The notes: generated by a model not told the origin, from the sequence alone. A stretch of DNA of 64,000 nt from Lingula anatina (GCA_051362555.1 CM120642.1:11532001-11596000); one strand, 5' to 3'; shown: positions 14,298-28,255, counted from the first letter of the stretch. Program-made: numbers and translations.

Positions 14298-16635
14298 CTA
14301 AAACTTGCTTGACTGATACTCTTCTGGGAATGCAAAAACATGTCTTCCATCTCCTTTAATCTTGGGCAAGGTTCCAGCATTGGGGATCACATTCCATGAC
14401 AAGGACAGTGTGACATTTTTATTGCCTCTGAAAAGAGTTTGTGGAGAATTTGTCATCTGAGTTAAAAGCAAATTAAGAAGTTGTGAACATTGTTTGCCAA
14501 TTCATTTACTTCTGCATATTTTTAAGTGCAAGGTTAAAGGGATAATAACTCTTTATTTTGGCCAAAAAATGAATTTTCCTGGAGTAAACAACAATTTTCC
14601 CATACTTACCAATGGTTAATGAATTAATTTTTACATTCAAAGTAAGTCCCTGGTTTTTTTCGAAAAAGTTTGGTTTTTTGTTAAAATCTCTTAAGAGATT
14701 ATAACAGAGTATATCCATCAATGGAGGTCACGTGGTCTGAAGACAAGTCAGATATCAGAATAATAGCTATAACTGCCGTTTTTGTGGTAAAACAATATAT
14801 TATATTTCTATGAGTTATTCACAATGCTTTTATTGTGAAATATAGATTTCATACAAAGAGTTATTATCCCTCTAAAATGATAATTCTAGTGGAGTAAGCT
14901 AAATGTGTATTAATGCAATTTCATTAACCAATTACCATGGCTCTTAATTCCATTTGAGAATTGAGTTATAGATGTGGCTGCGAAGAAATGACACTATCTA
15001 GGAAATAGGTCATTTGCCAATGCACTGTAAGAGAGGGTATATTACTTTTACATCATCAAGTTTTACATCTACCAGACCCACTCGCTCATAAAATATCATA
15101 CCAAATACTTACTTTAACCCATTACCATCATCCCAGAAATAATACTTTGTGTTCATACTCCTGTAGTCTAACACAGCATTTTCTCCTCTTTTGATTATTT
15201 TATCCCATAATACAACCTGGTTTACCTCCTAGAATAAAAAGGCCAATATTTTTATTGTATAGATTTTCATCTAGTAGCACTTCATATGTTATGTTCATCA
15301 GATTACCCATCAGATTATCCAAACTGTTCTAAAAAAGGTTGCAGGACTTAACAAAGAGACTGGAATAGGTTGCCTGTCAATTATTGAATTTCAATTTCTT
15401 TCTATCAATATCACAATTCTTTTTTTCATGCTTTTATTTAAAATCACAATGAACTTTTTGTTAATAGTTACTGAAGGTATGAGTTAAAATTTGTTCAATT
15501 CACTTACATTGCTTTTAGTCTGGTACTCAGCTGTTAAATATACAAATAGCAGCTTTACATTCCAGTTAAATATTGAGTTCAGATGTAACAAAAAGTAAAG
15601 GAGAAATACACACTCATTGTCAAACAGCTAAGTCTAAAAACAATTACTTGTATTTAAAATCGTTTGCTGTTTCTAAATGTTTTTTTTCTCAATTTTGCTA
15701 ATTTTAGTCTGTCATTAAAACGATACATTTCTAACATGGATGTTATTGACAGAAGAAAAATCTATAAAAAAGGAAATAAAAGGATATCTGCTTGCAGGTC
15801 AAAGGTTATGAAACCCAAGTCATTCTTCTCCCTAGAGGCACTATAGTCTGGTACATTCTTCCTGAAAAGAAACAAAAGTACTCTAAACTTAAGGTTTACA
15901 TTATATAATTTTAAAAGTTCCTTTTAATACATAATTGAGCAATCATTTCCAATCTAGTCATTTTCTTTATCTACAAACTGAAGCAAATTTCATCTGTAGC
16001 TCTGATATTTACATCACATGTTAGCTACATGTATACAATATTTAGGTACACAAGTACAGAGTAGCATTTGAGTGAGGGAATATGGGGGGGGGGGGGAGGG
16101 AGGAATTTACTGCAGTATGAACCATTAATTCTCCTTACCACAGGTTAAGCCTCATATCACACTGTGCATTCAATATTTATCGACATCATGCAAATCACTT
16201 GGATTGTGTTTTTCTGTCAAAATTGCATAAACAAGTATTAACTAAAAAAATTTTGTACAGAAGTCATAACCCAGTACTGCTGATACACTATTTTGTTCAG
16301 CACACAGCTATTAACAATTTATTTATTGATGAATAAAATCTCCAAAATGACCCAAAGATGTCGTGGCAATTTCAAAGACATGCTTGTTAAAACAGTTCGT
16401 TAAACTGCAAAGATCATTTTCAATCGACTTCTCACAAATCTCAGGCACACGTCATCGTAAACATATGGCCATCAAAAGCCATCACAACTTACACTATGAG
16501 TTTAGCTGTGTTCATCGTCACTGGTGCCAAATGATCATTGAAAGCTGTTGTCAGAAAACAGCCAAACGTTAGAGCGGCCATTACACTCAATGTGAAGGCG
16601 AAAATAGTGTTCGCCCGCGATAAAAACGTGTTCAT
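14298..16635 (-). CDS. SPCS3: Signal peptidase complex subunit 3 (SPC22/23), 5 exons, 179 aa
   Basis: Exons 16635-16493, 15861-15788, 15584-15508, 15228-15113, 14427-14298. [32 protein letters not shown]...[22 protein letters not shown]...[10 protein letters not shown]...[29 protein letters not shown]. Missed by the ORF track because the exons are short. Confidence 0.97.
14538..14871. mobile_element. About 335-bp TTAA-flanked MITE (Kolobok-like), copy 1, in SPCS3 intron 4
   Basis: TIR AGGGATAATAACTCT...AGAGTTATTATCCCT; TTAA/CTAA flanks; highly similar copy at 51739-52075. Confidence 0.85.
15585..15787 (-). other. U12-type (minor spliceosome) AT-AC intron in SPCS3
   Basis: Donor ATATCCTTT, branch-like TCCTTTAC about 10 nt before acceptor TAC; removing it restores the conserved in-frame LQA-D-LNSIF. 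Confidence 0.95.
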
Positions 16636-16762
16636 CTTGGATCACCGGCTTCTCCTATCCTCCATTCATTTACAACGAGAATACCGCAAATCCACGTGTA
16701 GTAAATATATTATTGGTCGTGGAGTCAGGTGGTCTATCATGTGACAAATCACGAGAATCAAA
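16636..16762. promoter_or_regulatory. 127-bp bidirectional promoter between the SPCS3 and PRCP start codons
   Basis: Divergent ATGs at 16635 and 16763; CACGTG near 16693, TCATGTGAC near 16737, ATTGG (reverse CCAAT) near 16712, AAAATGGCG over the PRCP ATG. Confidence 0.7.
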
Positions 16763-19700
16763 ATGGCGCTGCCCGTTGGCAAGAAAATGCTGCTCGCTGT
16801 TTTAACACTGTGTGCTTTAGTTTTTGATAGTGCAAATGGCATAGGATTTCATCGCAGTAACTTGTATTCGCGTACTAAGAGTATTTTGTCACCAGGCACT
16901 TACAGGACTTTGTACATAAAGACAAAGGTACATAATTGTTACGTTGATTACGCTGTTATATGCCGCTTACGGCTGCAAGAATTGCAACGATTACAGTAGC
17001 ATTTTCTATATTTTGTTTTTGATTCTTTTGTATATGATAAGCGAAAACCAGAAGTTGGAGGACTGCTGTTACAACTGCTGACCAAAATTTTAGTTTTGGA
17101 AGTGAAGTTGGTGACTGTGCAAATATGTATCTGTATTTTTAAAAAAGTTTATTATGTTTTACTACACTAGTAGTTCGTTTATGTTGGCTTATCTAGCAGC
17201 TTATATTTTCAGGTTGATCACTTCAGTTTCACCAATGATGACACATACATGATGAGATACCTGGTGGCAGATCAGTTTTGGGACCAGAAGGGTGGGCCCA
17301 TCTTCTTCTACACAGGAAACGAGGGAGACATCACCTGGTTCTGCAATAACACAGTGAGTTCCAGGGCAATTGCCTATTTTAGATGTTTTATTACAGGGTT
17401 TTTGATGTTAATGTTAATATATATAATATTTTTGTGAAGATATGTACATAGAAGCAATCAGGTTTTAAAATCTGGATTTGCAGCTTTGCGTATGTAATGA
17501 TGTAATGGAATATTGTTGTTCTTCAGGGCTTTATGTGGGACATTGCTCCAAAGTTTAAAGCAATGCTTGTGTTTGCAGAGCACAGATATTATGGAACCTC
17601 AATGCCATATGGCGCAGAATCCTATAAGGTAGGGTAACTAGCACCGAATGTTATTTATAAACTTACAATAAATTGTTTAAGCCAAATATCCATCTTTCTA
17701 TCCACCCCTCATCCGTCTATCCATCCTTTCATATTATTGCTACTTTTTAGCGTTATTTATTATGCGCACAGATTTAATTTTATTTACCCAGGATGTTCAG
17801 CACCTAGGATATCTTACCTCTGAACAAGCATTAGCAGACTATGCATTACTCATCAATCACATGAAGTCCACCATACCTGGAGCAGAGAATAGCCCAGTGG
17901 TGGCATTTGGAGGCTCATATGGGGGCATGCTGGCAGCATGGTTCAGGATGAAGTATCCAAGTGTTGTTGTAGGGTAGGTTGTTTATTGTGGGGTTTTTAC
18001 AGCTTGTACTGAGGTATGGCACTGGTCATTGATTTCTTAAATATTTTAGAAAAATATTTTGACTTAAAGGTATCAAGAGATAAGAAAAATCACATTGTAG
18101 TTAGTCATGCATCATTCATACAACTTTATATTATGATGTTTCAGGATTGTGCAACTTTATTGTCCTAGTAGCCTGTTTTTCAGACTCTGATTAATTTTCT
18201 AAATCTTTTTCTGGTTTCAAGTAAGTGAATGCCCAAAAATAGATGTGTTCTTTTCTCAGAATGATATATGATAACTTTTCGTAAGTTGAAAAAATTCAAC
18301 CTCCCTTCATATTTTCACACTTGCATTATTGCTACAAAATATCATCCCATATGCCATAGGATTTCCTTTCTTTATTCCTTTTGTGTTAAAACTTCTTCAG
18401 TGCTCTAGCTGCTTCTGCACCCATATGGCAGTTTCCTGGTGAGACGCCTTGTGAAGTTTTTTACCAGATTGTATCCAAGGACTATGCTATGTCCGGTCCA
18501 GGCTGTGCAGATACCATCAGGGCTTCTTGGAAGGCAATTACAAATCTTGGCCAGACAGGTAAGTCAGAGTTGGACATATTCTTTCATTATTGTACCACCA
18601 GCATTAGCGCTGGCGGTACACATGGTTTTAGTCCCGTCCGGATCGTTCCGCCGGCTCTGCCAGCTCCTGCGGCTCCGCCGGACGGCTACCGTTACCGCTT
18701 CTCCTCCTAGACGGTAATGGCCTCCGTACCCATCTCTTGGATTTAGGTCACCTATAATCTCAACTCGTTCCACGTAAAATTTGGGCTTTGTCGGTATTGG
18801 GGTCTAGGTGTGGCACTCATTGCAATGCACCCTTGTCTAAAAATGGCAAAATTAAATGCTAATTATCTACCCTACGGAAGGAATTATGGGAAAAATTTCT
18901 ACAGACGGCTTTCCAAAAGTCATATGTGTAGATTTCAAATGTACCCTTGGATTTGACCTTTGACCTTTATTTCAAGGTCAAACGGGCCAAAATTTTCAAA
19001 AAAACGAATTTTTTTATGAAAAAAAAATTATTTGCCCTGTTATTCAGACACCACACAGACTTAACCAATAATATTATTGGAAAGTGTTACCCTTCAGGTC
19101 ATCTTTCATCTCCATGAATTTGGGGTCAATCGGTGCATTTTCATGGGAGTAGCGGCCATAAGATACCTAAACTGAAAACTGTCTCTAATTCGGGAACCGT
19201 TAATGCTAGAGACCCATTCTTTTTTGCATTTTGTAGAGCATGTAAAGCCCAACACTGGAGGTGGTCTCCGTTTTTTGTATTCCATACGGTTTTCGAGTTA
19301 CGCTATATCAAAAAGTACATATTGGTGGTGAAAGCAAAATGTGCAGTACGGTAATGGATAATAAATTTTGAACTCCAGAAAAATAAAACATAAGGCTTGG
19401 CGAGGCAGACAACTTGTGGTCAAAAATGACATTATTTCAGCAAATTTGAACACCTGGAACTTCAGAGCACCTCCCATTTCAGAATTTTGACCAAAATGAC
19501 CTTTTCTTTATTTTAATTAATTTTTTCTGTACGAAATTTATGGCACATTATTGTAACTCCAAAATTATAACATTTAGTCCCTTATATCTCCAAAACTGGC
19601 AGAGATAGGTCCATAGTTACTATTGAAAGTGAATAGGAAATCATATACTGGTAATCTAAATGTGACCTTGAAATTGACCTTTGACCTACTTTTTACCATG

Positions 19701-20773
19701 AACTTAACATTGCAAATATTGGTTCCCTTTTATTTCTAAAACTGGCAAAATACGCCCATAGTAACTATTGAACTTGAATAGAAGTCATTAGAGGCAATCT
19801 AAGTGTGACCTTGAAAATGACCTTTGGCCTACTTTTCATCATGAATTGAAGTTTACAAATTTTGTTCCCTTTTATCTCCAAAACTAGCAGAGATAGGTCC
19901 ATAGTTATTATTGAACTTGAATAGGAAGTCATATACTGGCAATCTAAATGTGACCTTGAAATTGACCTTTGACCTACTTTTCATAATGAATTGAACTTTG
20001 CAAATTTTGTTCCTTTTTATCTCCAAAACTGGCAGAGATAGATCCATAGTTACTATTGAACTTGAATAGGAAGTCATTAGAGTCAATTTACTGTGACCTT
20101 AAAATTGACTTTTGACCTACTTTTTACCATGAACTTAACATTGCAAATTTTGGTTCCCTTTTATCTCCAAAACTGGCATAAATATGCCTATAGTAACTAT
20201 TGAAATTGAATAGAAGTCATTAGAGGCAATCTAAGTGTGACCTTGAAATTGACCTTTGGCCTACTTTTCATCATGAATTGAAGTTTACAAATTTTGGTTC
20301 TCTTTTATCTCTAAAACTGGCAGAGATAGGTCCATAGTTGCTATTGAACTTGAATAGGAAGTCATATACTGGAAATTTACTGTGACCTTGAAATTGACCT
20401 TTGACCTACCTTACTATGAACTGAACTTTGATTGTACCATTTTTAGTTATATATATTTTTTTGCATATTTTGAGAATTCTTATTGATTGCATTTTTTACA
20501 GCTTGTCAAGCACAAGACTGGTGGTGGTGTCCCTTTTTTGTGTGTGTGGGGGTCTATACGATCGCGCTTACCCCAGCTGGTGGTACAATATTCGGAGGCG
20601 GTATCGCCTCTCTGATCCTCTAGTATGTATGTAGTTTATTTGAAAATGATTCAAAAGATGTTTTTTTTTTCCTTAGCCAATTTTCTGATGATCGAGTCCG
20701 TAAATGAAAAAATTATACAATCATGGTATAAACTTAGTTGATTTTGCTTGGCTTATTTTGCACACATACATAT

Positions 20774-20811
<38 letters not shown>

Positions 20812-23016
20812 GCTAATATTTTTTTAACAACTTTTTCACTTTCTCACTTTCTTTTTTACTAAAATATTAGCCGATGAGGTTGAATTTATAATTTTTTTTT
20901 CTCAGATGCTGGAAGAAAGACCCTCAGTGAGACATTCCACCTATGTAAGCCACTTAAGACCACAGCCGATGTGAATGCCATGAAAGCTTGGCTGTCAGAG
21001 ACCTGGGGAAACCTGGCTATGGTGGACTACCCTTACCAAGCTAGTTTTCTCGAACCATTGCCAGCTTGGCCTATCAAGGTATCGTATAAAATCATTAGGT
21101 TGAAATATCTGTTCCATTTCATACCTCAAAAAAAAAAAAAAAAAAAAAAAAAAGGAAAGAAAAAATTGGTGTTAAGGTTGGTGTTGAGATGCAAGGATTT
21201 GTTGAATTATTGTAGATTTTTCAGTGTCTGCTGTATTCTCCAGAACTAGGGAATTGACTGCAGTTTTTCTAATTTGTTCAAGTAATTTTTTTTATTAATC
21301 TTTAAAAAGTCTATTCATGCCATTTCTTATACATTTCTTACTTCTCAATTTGATTATTCTTTTCATTCAGGTTGCTTGCAGTCATTTAGTTAATCTTACC
21401 AAGTCCTCAGATCTTCATCTTCTCTCAGGTATTTCAACAGCAGTAGGAGTGTACTATAACTACACAGGGCAGGCTAAGTGCTTCAATATCTCACAGCAAG
21501 GAACTGCTGACCTGGGAGATCAGGGCTGGAACTTCCAGGTAAGAAATTTGTAAGTAAACAGAAAAAAAACAGATATTCAGTCCTTTTTCTCAAAATAAAA
21601 CATCCACGACTTCCCTCTAACATCACCCCATATGTTTTGGAGCACTGCCACTGACTGTTGAGAGAGAGCACAGTTGTGACCAAGTGTGCTCTCTCTAACA
21701 CCATATTAGCTATTGATAACAACAAAGCATTGCTGATATAGAATTGGGTTTCCAGTAGACTGCAAATCTCTGGGTAATCTTATAGACAATCTGTATTTTA
21801 GACTACTATGTTACTACATTAATGTTGATGTCTAAAATAGATGTGGCATTTTTTTTTTTTTTTGCTCTATTTCAGCCCTGTCTGGTGGTCTCTGTCAAAA
21901 TTATTCATGCAGATTAGTAGTTTCAACAGGCAGTGAAGAATTTTCTGATATCATTATTCCTTATGTCCTTTTTCCTCTGCACCGAGACTAAGTGCAGGAA
22001 GCAAAGAAATATAACATAAGCCTACACACAACTTCTACCTTCCTGATATGCCAAATACTTTTTACTTATATTACCAAGACACTGATGTATTGACAAGCTG
22101 TTGCAGAACAACACGTGCCCATTCTTACACATGAGGGTAATTTTAAGGCTGCACATATAACTTCCATCCTTGGGCATATTTCCTATATATTTCAGACTTT
22201 ATATATTTCAGGCTTGCTCTGAGATGGTGATGCCATTGTGTACTGATGGTGTACATGACATGTTTGAGCCTCAGCCCTGGGACTTTAATGCCTTTGCCAA
22301 GGGCTGTAAAAAACAGTTTGGTGTGGTGCCAAGGCCCCAATGGATAAAGACCCAGTATGGAGGAAAGAATATTACTAGCGCTTCCAATATCATTTTCAGG
22401 TAAACGTTAGTACTTCAAAGTCTTACATATTTTTGAACTTTCGATTTTATCTCCCAGTTGAATGATTTTGCACAAGTACATTTAAAGATTGTAATAGAAT
22501 TTTGAATTTAAGTAACTGTAAAAAATGGGATTTTATCTAAGGTGTCATCTAATCATTTAATTATCAAGTTTAAGTTTATACACGTTTATTACATCGACAA
22601 ATTTTAAATCTGTTTCTGTACTTAAAGTGACACAATGTTACATGACTGACATACATTGTTGAGTTTAAAAAATTGTGTATACTTTCATTTCAACTGAATG
22701 TCTGGCAGTCTTCACCCTATTAAAATGTTAGATAGATTAAATGTGCAGAGTAATATTGATATCTGTATACATGCCATTCCCTCTTTTTCACACCTGTTCA
22801 CTTTTTGTTCACGATTTGCTTCACAGCAATGGTCGATTAGACCCATGGTCAGGTGGGGGTGTCACAACGTCCCTCTCAGACTCCCTCATAGCCATCATCA
22901 TAGAGGAGGGGGCTCACCATCTGGACCTCAGGGGAAGCAATCCTCAGGACCCTCAGTCAGTCATAAAGGCCAGGCGACAGGAGATGGGCATTATTAAGAA
23001 GTGGGTGCAAGGGTGA
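16763..23016 (+). CDS. PRCP: Lysosomal Pro-X carboxypeptidase (peptidase S28), 9 exons
   Basis: Exons 16763-16927, 17213-17353, 17527-17628, 17792-17973, 18401-18558, 20906-21078, 21371-21538, 22212-22399, 22827-23016. Signal peptide; [26 protein letters not shown], catalytic [25 protein letters not shown]. Confidence 0.96.
18589..20624 (+). mobile_element. Helentron-associated (HINE/DINE-1-like) non-autonomous element with an internal 144-bp tandem array, PRCP intron 5
   Basis: 5' palindrome GTACCACCAGC..GCTGGCGGTAC, GC-rich short repeats, about six 144-bp units (about 19580-20430), 3' subTIR GCTGGTGGTACA, hairpin GAGGCG-gtat-CGCCTC, end CTAGT. Second copy starts near 62387. Confidence 0.8.
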
Positions 23017-24823
23017 TGCACTACATGTACAAGTACATCCTAGATGCCATAAAAATTGATTTGTTTCAATTAATGTGCCAAAATGGTTGTATTTGAGAAG
23101 TCATTGCATGCAGGATTTTGCTGGTGGACTTGCATTGAGTCAGACCAGGAAAACTAAGTTTTAGTCACTACAGCTGATTCATTCATAGAAACAAAATCTG
23201 CACATTTTTTACTGTAATTGATATGGGAAGTTAATCTTGTGGTTATGTAACTTTACAACTTAGTCACAAGAGCAGATACTCATAGAGCAGTCTTGATTTA
23301 ACATAAGTTTTAGTTTTTTGTAGACATTCTGTCATATACTTTCCATGACCATTTTAAACAGCTGATACATTGCTCAGTATGTTAAAGTATAACAGATTGA
23401 ACAGCATTTTTTTTTTTTTTGTAATATTTTGAGAGCAAAAAGGTAGAATAACCAATATGAATTCTTAACATTTCATAAAAGAATGTGGAAGAGCCCAATG
23501 AATACTTATGTACTTATTGGTGATTTTTTCTAACCAAACAAATACAGAGTTTCAAGGTTTTACACTCTATACTCAATATTACATAATCATTGTTACACAT
23601 TCATTGTTGGATTAAGCACATTATTTGTATTGTTCTTTTAAAGAGTATTAAAATACTCTGTATTTTATATCAAACTATGCAAAATGAAAGAGTGATCTGT
23701 GTGCATGTCTTTCAATTGTCCAACACAAAAGTAGGTCTATAATACTTAATGATTAAGTAAGGCAATTGCCTTGTTGCTGAGCAACAAAGTCTAAGTATCA
23801 ATAAATCTAATTTTTCCATATTAAAATAAATATTTATCATGCAATATCATTCTAATAAAAATAAGTTGAAATTCTTCGTTGTTATTATATTATTCAACAA
23901 AGGTAGATCCAGGCATAATTGTGTTGAATACCTAACACATTTTGAATAATTGTCAAGTCAAAACTGTTAACAACACTCCAAATGACAAGATGTAAAAATG
24001 TGCCTTGTAATCAATTGATAATAATGTATATTTTAGTTGTTATCACTTGATGTAACAAAAACAAAAGCATTGAATCAAACAACTAATAGGAGGAATGCAT
24101 ATTCATTGTATTAACAGAAAAGTATTTATACTGCATAGTATGTTGATTCCCACTACATGTACCACCAAAATGACTATACTAAATCAAAGGTAAACAAATG
24201 TAACAATGACACAGCACTATCCTAGGCATTTGACACTTTGAAGAAAAACGTGGATATTTCAAGACCTGTAATATAAAGAGCACAATGTGTAAGCACTGAC
24301 ATTACTTCTACTATTATAAAAATAATTATTGCACTTAAACCACAAGTCAATGCAATTTAATCACAAACTTTTTACAATTTAAGGGATTTTTTTATTGGGT
24401 GCAGTCCTACATGTAAATATACTAACATCATCAGGAATGAGATACATTATCATTTTATTTCCACTAAAACATCCCATAAATAACAATCTCAGCTGTTATC
24501 ACAGAACAATGACACTAAACTTTAACTGGTATATATCTAAAAAAACATATCTCAAATATGTTAAAATAACTTAAAATATTAAACTGACAAATGCCTCAAA
24601 TAGCACATATCTTAAATATGATAAAAGAATTTACTTTATGCCATTATATGTATATCAAGTTGACACAGGCTTTTAGTAAAAGGGGGCCCAGAGTAGCAAA
24701 ACATCTTCCACTGTATCTATGAATAGCATTTGAAATAAATAAATAAATAAATAAATAAATAAAGTCCCTGGATCCAATTCTGATTGTACATAGGATTTGT
24801 TTAACTGCATGCAAAAAAAGGTG

Positions 24824-27800
24824 TCATTTTGGTCCATCAGGTGGAGGAGGACGAGGTGGCTTTTTTAATTCCGACATTGTGACAGTATGTGTGCCATTCT
24901 CTTTAGCAACCTTGGCTGTTTTGTAATCTTCTAAAACAGCCTTTCCAGTATCTTTGGCAGCTCTCTTGGCTATTGCTTTGATGCCCATTTCCTTGACATT
25001 GTATCCAGTCATGACAATGTGGCCTGCTGTGTACAAAGAATGCTCTGTGGCACTGCCAACTTGCTCACCATATCTAAAATTATCACAGTCAATTCATTAA
25101 AAATACTTATAAAAAGCTAGTTTTTTGTTGTTTTCACATGCCTAGATGTTTATTTGTGATGACTGTAAATTTTTGGAAGTTTGTGTAACTGACTTTGACA
25201 CATATTTATTGAAGGTCGATTGCATACAAAAAACAGAAAATATAATTTTGGTCAGAGACTGATGCTATTTAAATGTATACCAAGAAAGCATATAAGAGCA
25301 AATACTGAAAAGACTGACAAGTAAACTTACTTGTGCTGAACAACATCGACTGTCTGTGTAGCAATGCTTTTTCCAAGAGCTTTGGCTGCAACTTCTAATC
25401 CATTGTACACTGTTCCTAAACCTAAATATAAAGAGTTATTTAAAGATAACGTGTAGCTTACTTTAACAGTTTTCAGCAAACTCAAAGAAATGACACTAAC
25501 TTAAAAAAAAAACTTCACTTCTTCCTACCTAAAAGCTCAACAGATGTGAGAGACTGAAGCAGAAACCCAATAATTCTTACTTTACATAAAGTAAAAATAA
25601 CGACTACTCTTGGACACTAAATTAGTGTACTGCCAAACACCAGCTAATCAGTGACACATAATCCAATTTTCATTCAAACTTGCCTTTTAAGCCCCCTCCT
25701 GCCACTTCAAGCACATCGTCAATCTTCGATCTTCCCTCCTGGTCACTATCCTTTAACTCCTTGGGTAACAGTCGGGTGCCATGTTTCTTTATGTGTGGTG
25801 CCAGCTGTCGGCCTAACAACATGGTGGCCTCACCAAGTTTATTCACTGTAAATGACAATATGGAATTGTCTTTACATGTGATGTTTAATGACTCAAAATG
25901 GCAAAATTAGGATGGCAATAAATTCGCTTTTAAATCTCATACAAATTTTACACTTTTAAATCTTATATAAATTTAACTTTGTCAGTCTTAGCCAGAATAC
26001 ATAGCCATTTTGTTTATAATATCCTAAAAGATAATAAAAAACTAAACACAATGATTGAAATTGTTTAAGCCATAACTCAATACTGATATCAATATTCACT
26101 TTGAAGATTTTCTTATCAAAAAACACATCTTAAGCATATACCAGTCTATCAGCATTCCATGACACTCACCAAGAAATCCACTGACTTTGACAGCCACCCC
26201 AGTCCCTTTCCTGGCATACACCAACCCTTTTTGTACACGGGGATCTACATTTGGTTGTTGTTCTTCTGGTTTCAAATGCTCCTTCATCTTGACTGCACCC
26301 ATCTTCAGAAGTTCTCCCCCTTTCTCTGAAGCTTTTCCTAACCCCCAGGACACCCATTCTGCAGCTGCAACATTTCAATGTTTCTTAAAAGAAGCCCTTT
26401 CAGTGAAACCAAACACAAAGCTTTTTGAGTGATAACCATTGAATGATTTAAATGTACTTGATAAAAATATTTAAATCTGGCAATTTTAACATATTTTTTA
26501 ATGACATTTAGAACTGACAGCTGAGGAAGAAAAAAACAGTAAAACAAGGAGTCTCACAAGTTTGCATTAACTGACCAAAAACTTGAATTAAAATTACATT
26601 TGATGAAATAAACCAGCTGGAATAAACACCTTAATATACAATTATTCTGAATAAATGGGAAATGTGAAGTTGATTGTCAGTGAAAAGTAATGACATTAAC
26701 CTTAAGCCCCTAGTTTTTGAAATGAACTCGTGTATGCTGGGACAAGTAATGTATTATGGGAAGTTTCAAGGCATTACATATTTTTTTTTACTCAAAGTGT
26801 CTACCATAATACATCAATTAACACTGACAATATTTTTCTGTTATTGTGAATGGATGGAATTACCTGTGACCAGTCCTCTAGATATTTTTGCACTTGTTCT
26901 GTCTTCCTCAATTATTCCTGGCTCCCTAGGGGCCTCACTAGGGGGCTCTGGTCTCTCAGTGGGAAGGGGCTCCTCTTGCAAGGCAGTCAGGGAGTGGAGA
27001 ATCCCTTCAAAATTTTCCCTCTCTGAGGTTGGCAAGTCTGGGGGCAACATTAGTCCTACAGCTGATCCTGAAAACAAAACAGACTACAGCAATATTCACA
27101 GTCCCATTAATGACATACACCAATTGTTCAATATTACATTCTTCTTGGAATTCAAGCCAGGTTCAGGCCCATAGGTTTCTCTCCTATTTCTTTTCATAAT
27201 TTCATGAAAGTTCCCTTAGTAAAAATGACATATAAATATATTAAAGTTTGGAACATTCATCATATTTTTATTAATACTAAAAAATCATTGAAAAATAAAA
27301 CACTTGTACCTACCCTCTTGAGCTGAGAGAACATCTGGAAACATATATGCCCCGTTCCTGGCATGAAGAACTGGGGATCTCCCTGGCTGAAGAGGGTACA
27401 CCCAATCTCCCACCTTAAGGAAACCCTCAGGACGGGGTATGCTGCTTGCACCTTGGGGCTCCTGTTCTTTAAACTTAAATATATGTAAGGCTGCTGGGTA
27501 GGAGGGGGCACTGACATAACCCTGGGGAGTTATCCAGTATATTTGAACACCCTCTGGAATTGAGTATACAGCTTCAGCATTGGTTTCCAGTGATGGTTCA
27601 CCATTTTCATTTGCCATTATACTATCACCAAGAGCCTCAAATTCATCCTGAGAAGCACCAAACATGGAAGCTTGGTAAGATGGGGGTGGGTCATCTATAG
27701 CCATGGCCACAGCCTCATCCTCTTTCAAAGCTTCAATCCTACTGTTTATCTGAATCTTTGTTTTTTCCATTTTTTGTTTCAGCTGTTTGACATCTTCAAA

Positions 27801-28255
27801 CTCATCTCCAGTTCCATCACACTGTATGGACAGTGCCCTGTCCAAATACTGGCAGCCCCGGGTGTACAGCTGTAAAGCCTGGTCTTTTTGTCCTTGTTCA
27901 TCATATGTAAGTGCTTTGTTGATTTGTTGAAATGCTTCATTGTGGTATCTGTAACAATGAAATACTTGATAAAGGGTTCAAAGATAAAATAAGTTAAAGA
28001 TGTTCATTTCCTTTAAGCTTAGTTGTCCCATTTCTTTTGAGGCTTGACATTCAAAAATCCTAACAACAATAAACATAAGTTAACGCCTTAAAACAACAAA
28101 ATGACACAGAGATGACGGTTTTACTTTAAAGTTAATTTAGGGAGCCTGCCATACCGTTTCACTTTCTTTATCTTCTCCTGTACCAGAGCAACAGTGGTCT
28201 GAGGTGCCATAGGAGGGGGCCTAGGAGGGCGGGATCTTCCTGGGGTACACTCCAT
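24824..28255 (-). CDS. SPART: Spartin (SPG20): MIT domain, PPxY motif, senescence domain; 7 coding exons
   Basis: Exons 28255-28155, 27948-27314, 27067-26864, 26364-26170, 25845-25684, 25421-25331, 25073-24824. MIT helices (HNEAFQQINKALTYDEQG), PPPSY, FLKVGDWVYPL, GAYMFPD, LAPHIKKHG, GIKAIAKRAAKDTGKAVL. Probable non-coding exon ending at a donor near 28657. Confidence 0.94.

Noticed and set aside
19580-20430. Regularly spaced repeats resembling a CRISPR array (also 43480-44281)
   Set aside because: Whole units are repeated with no unique spacers; eukaryotic context; they are HINE-internal satellites.
26674-27174. 166-aa plus-strand ORF and similar antisense ORFs (34273-34599, 61148-61510)
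   Set aside because: Shadow frames antisense to real coding exons.
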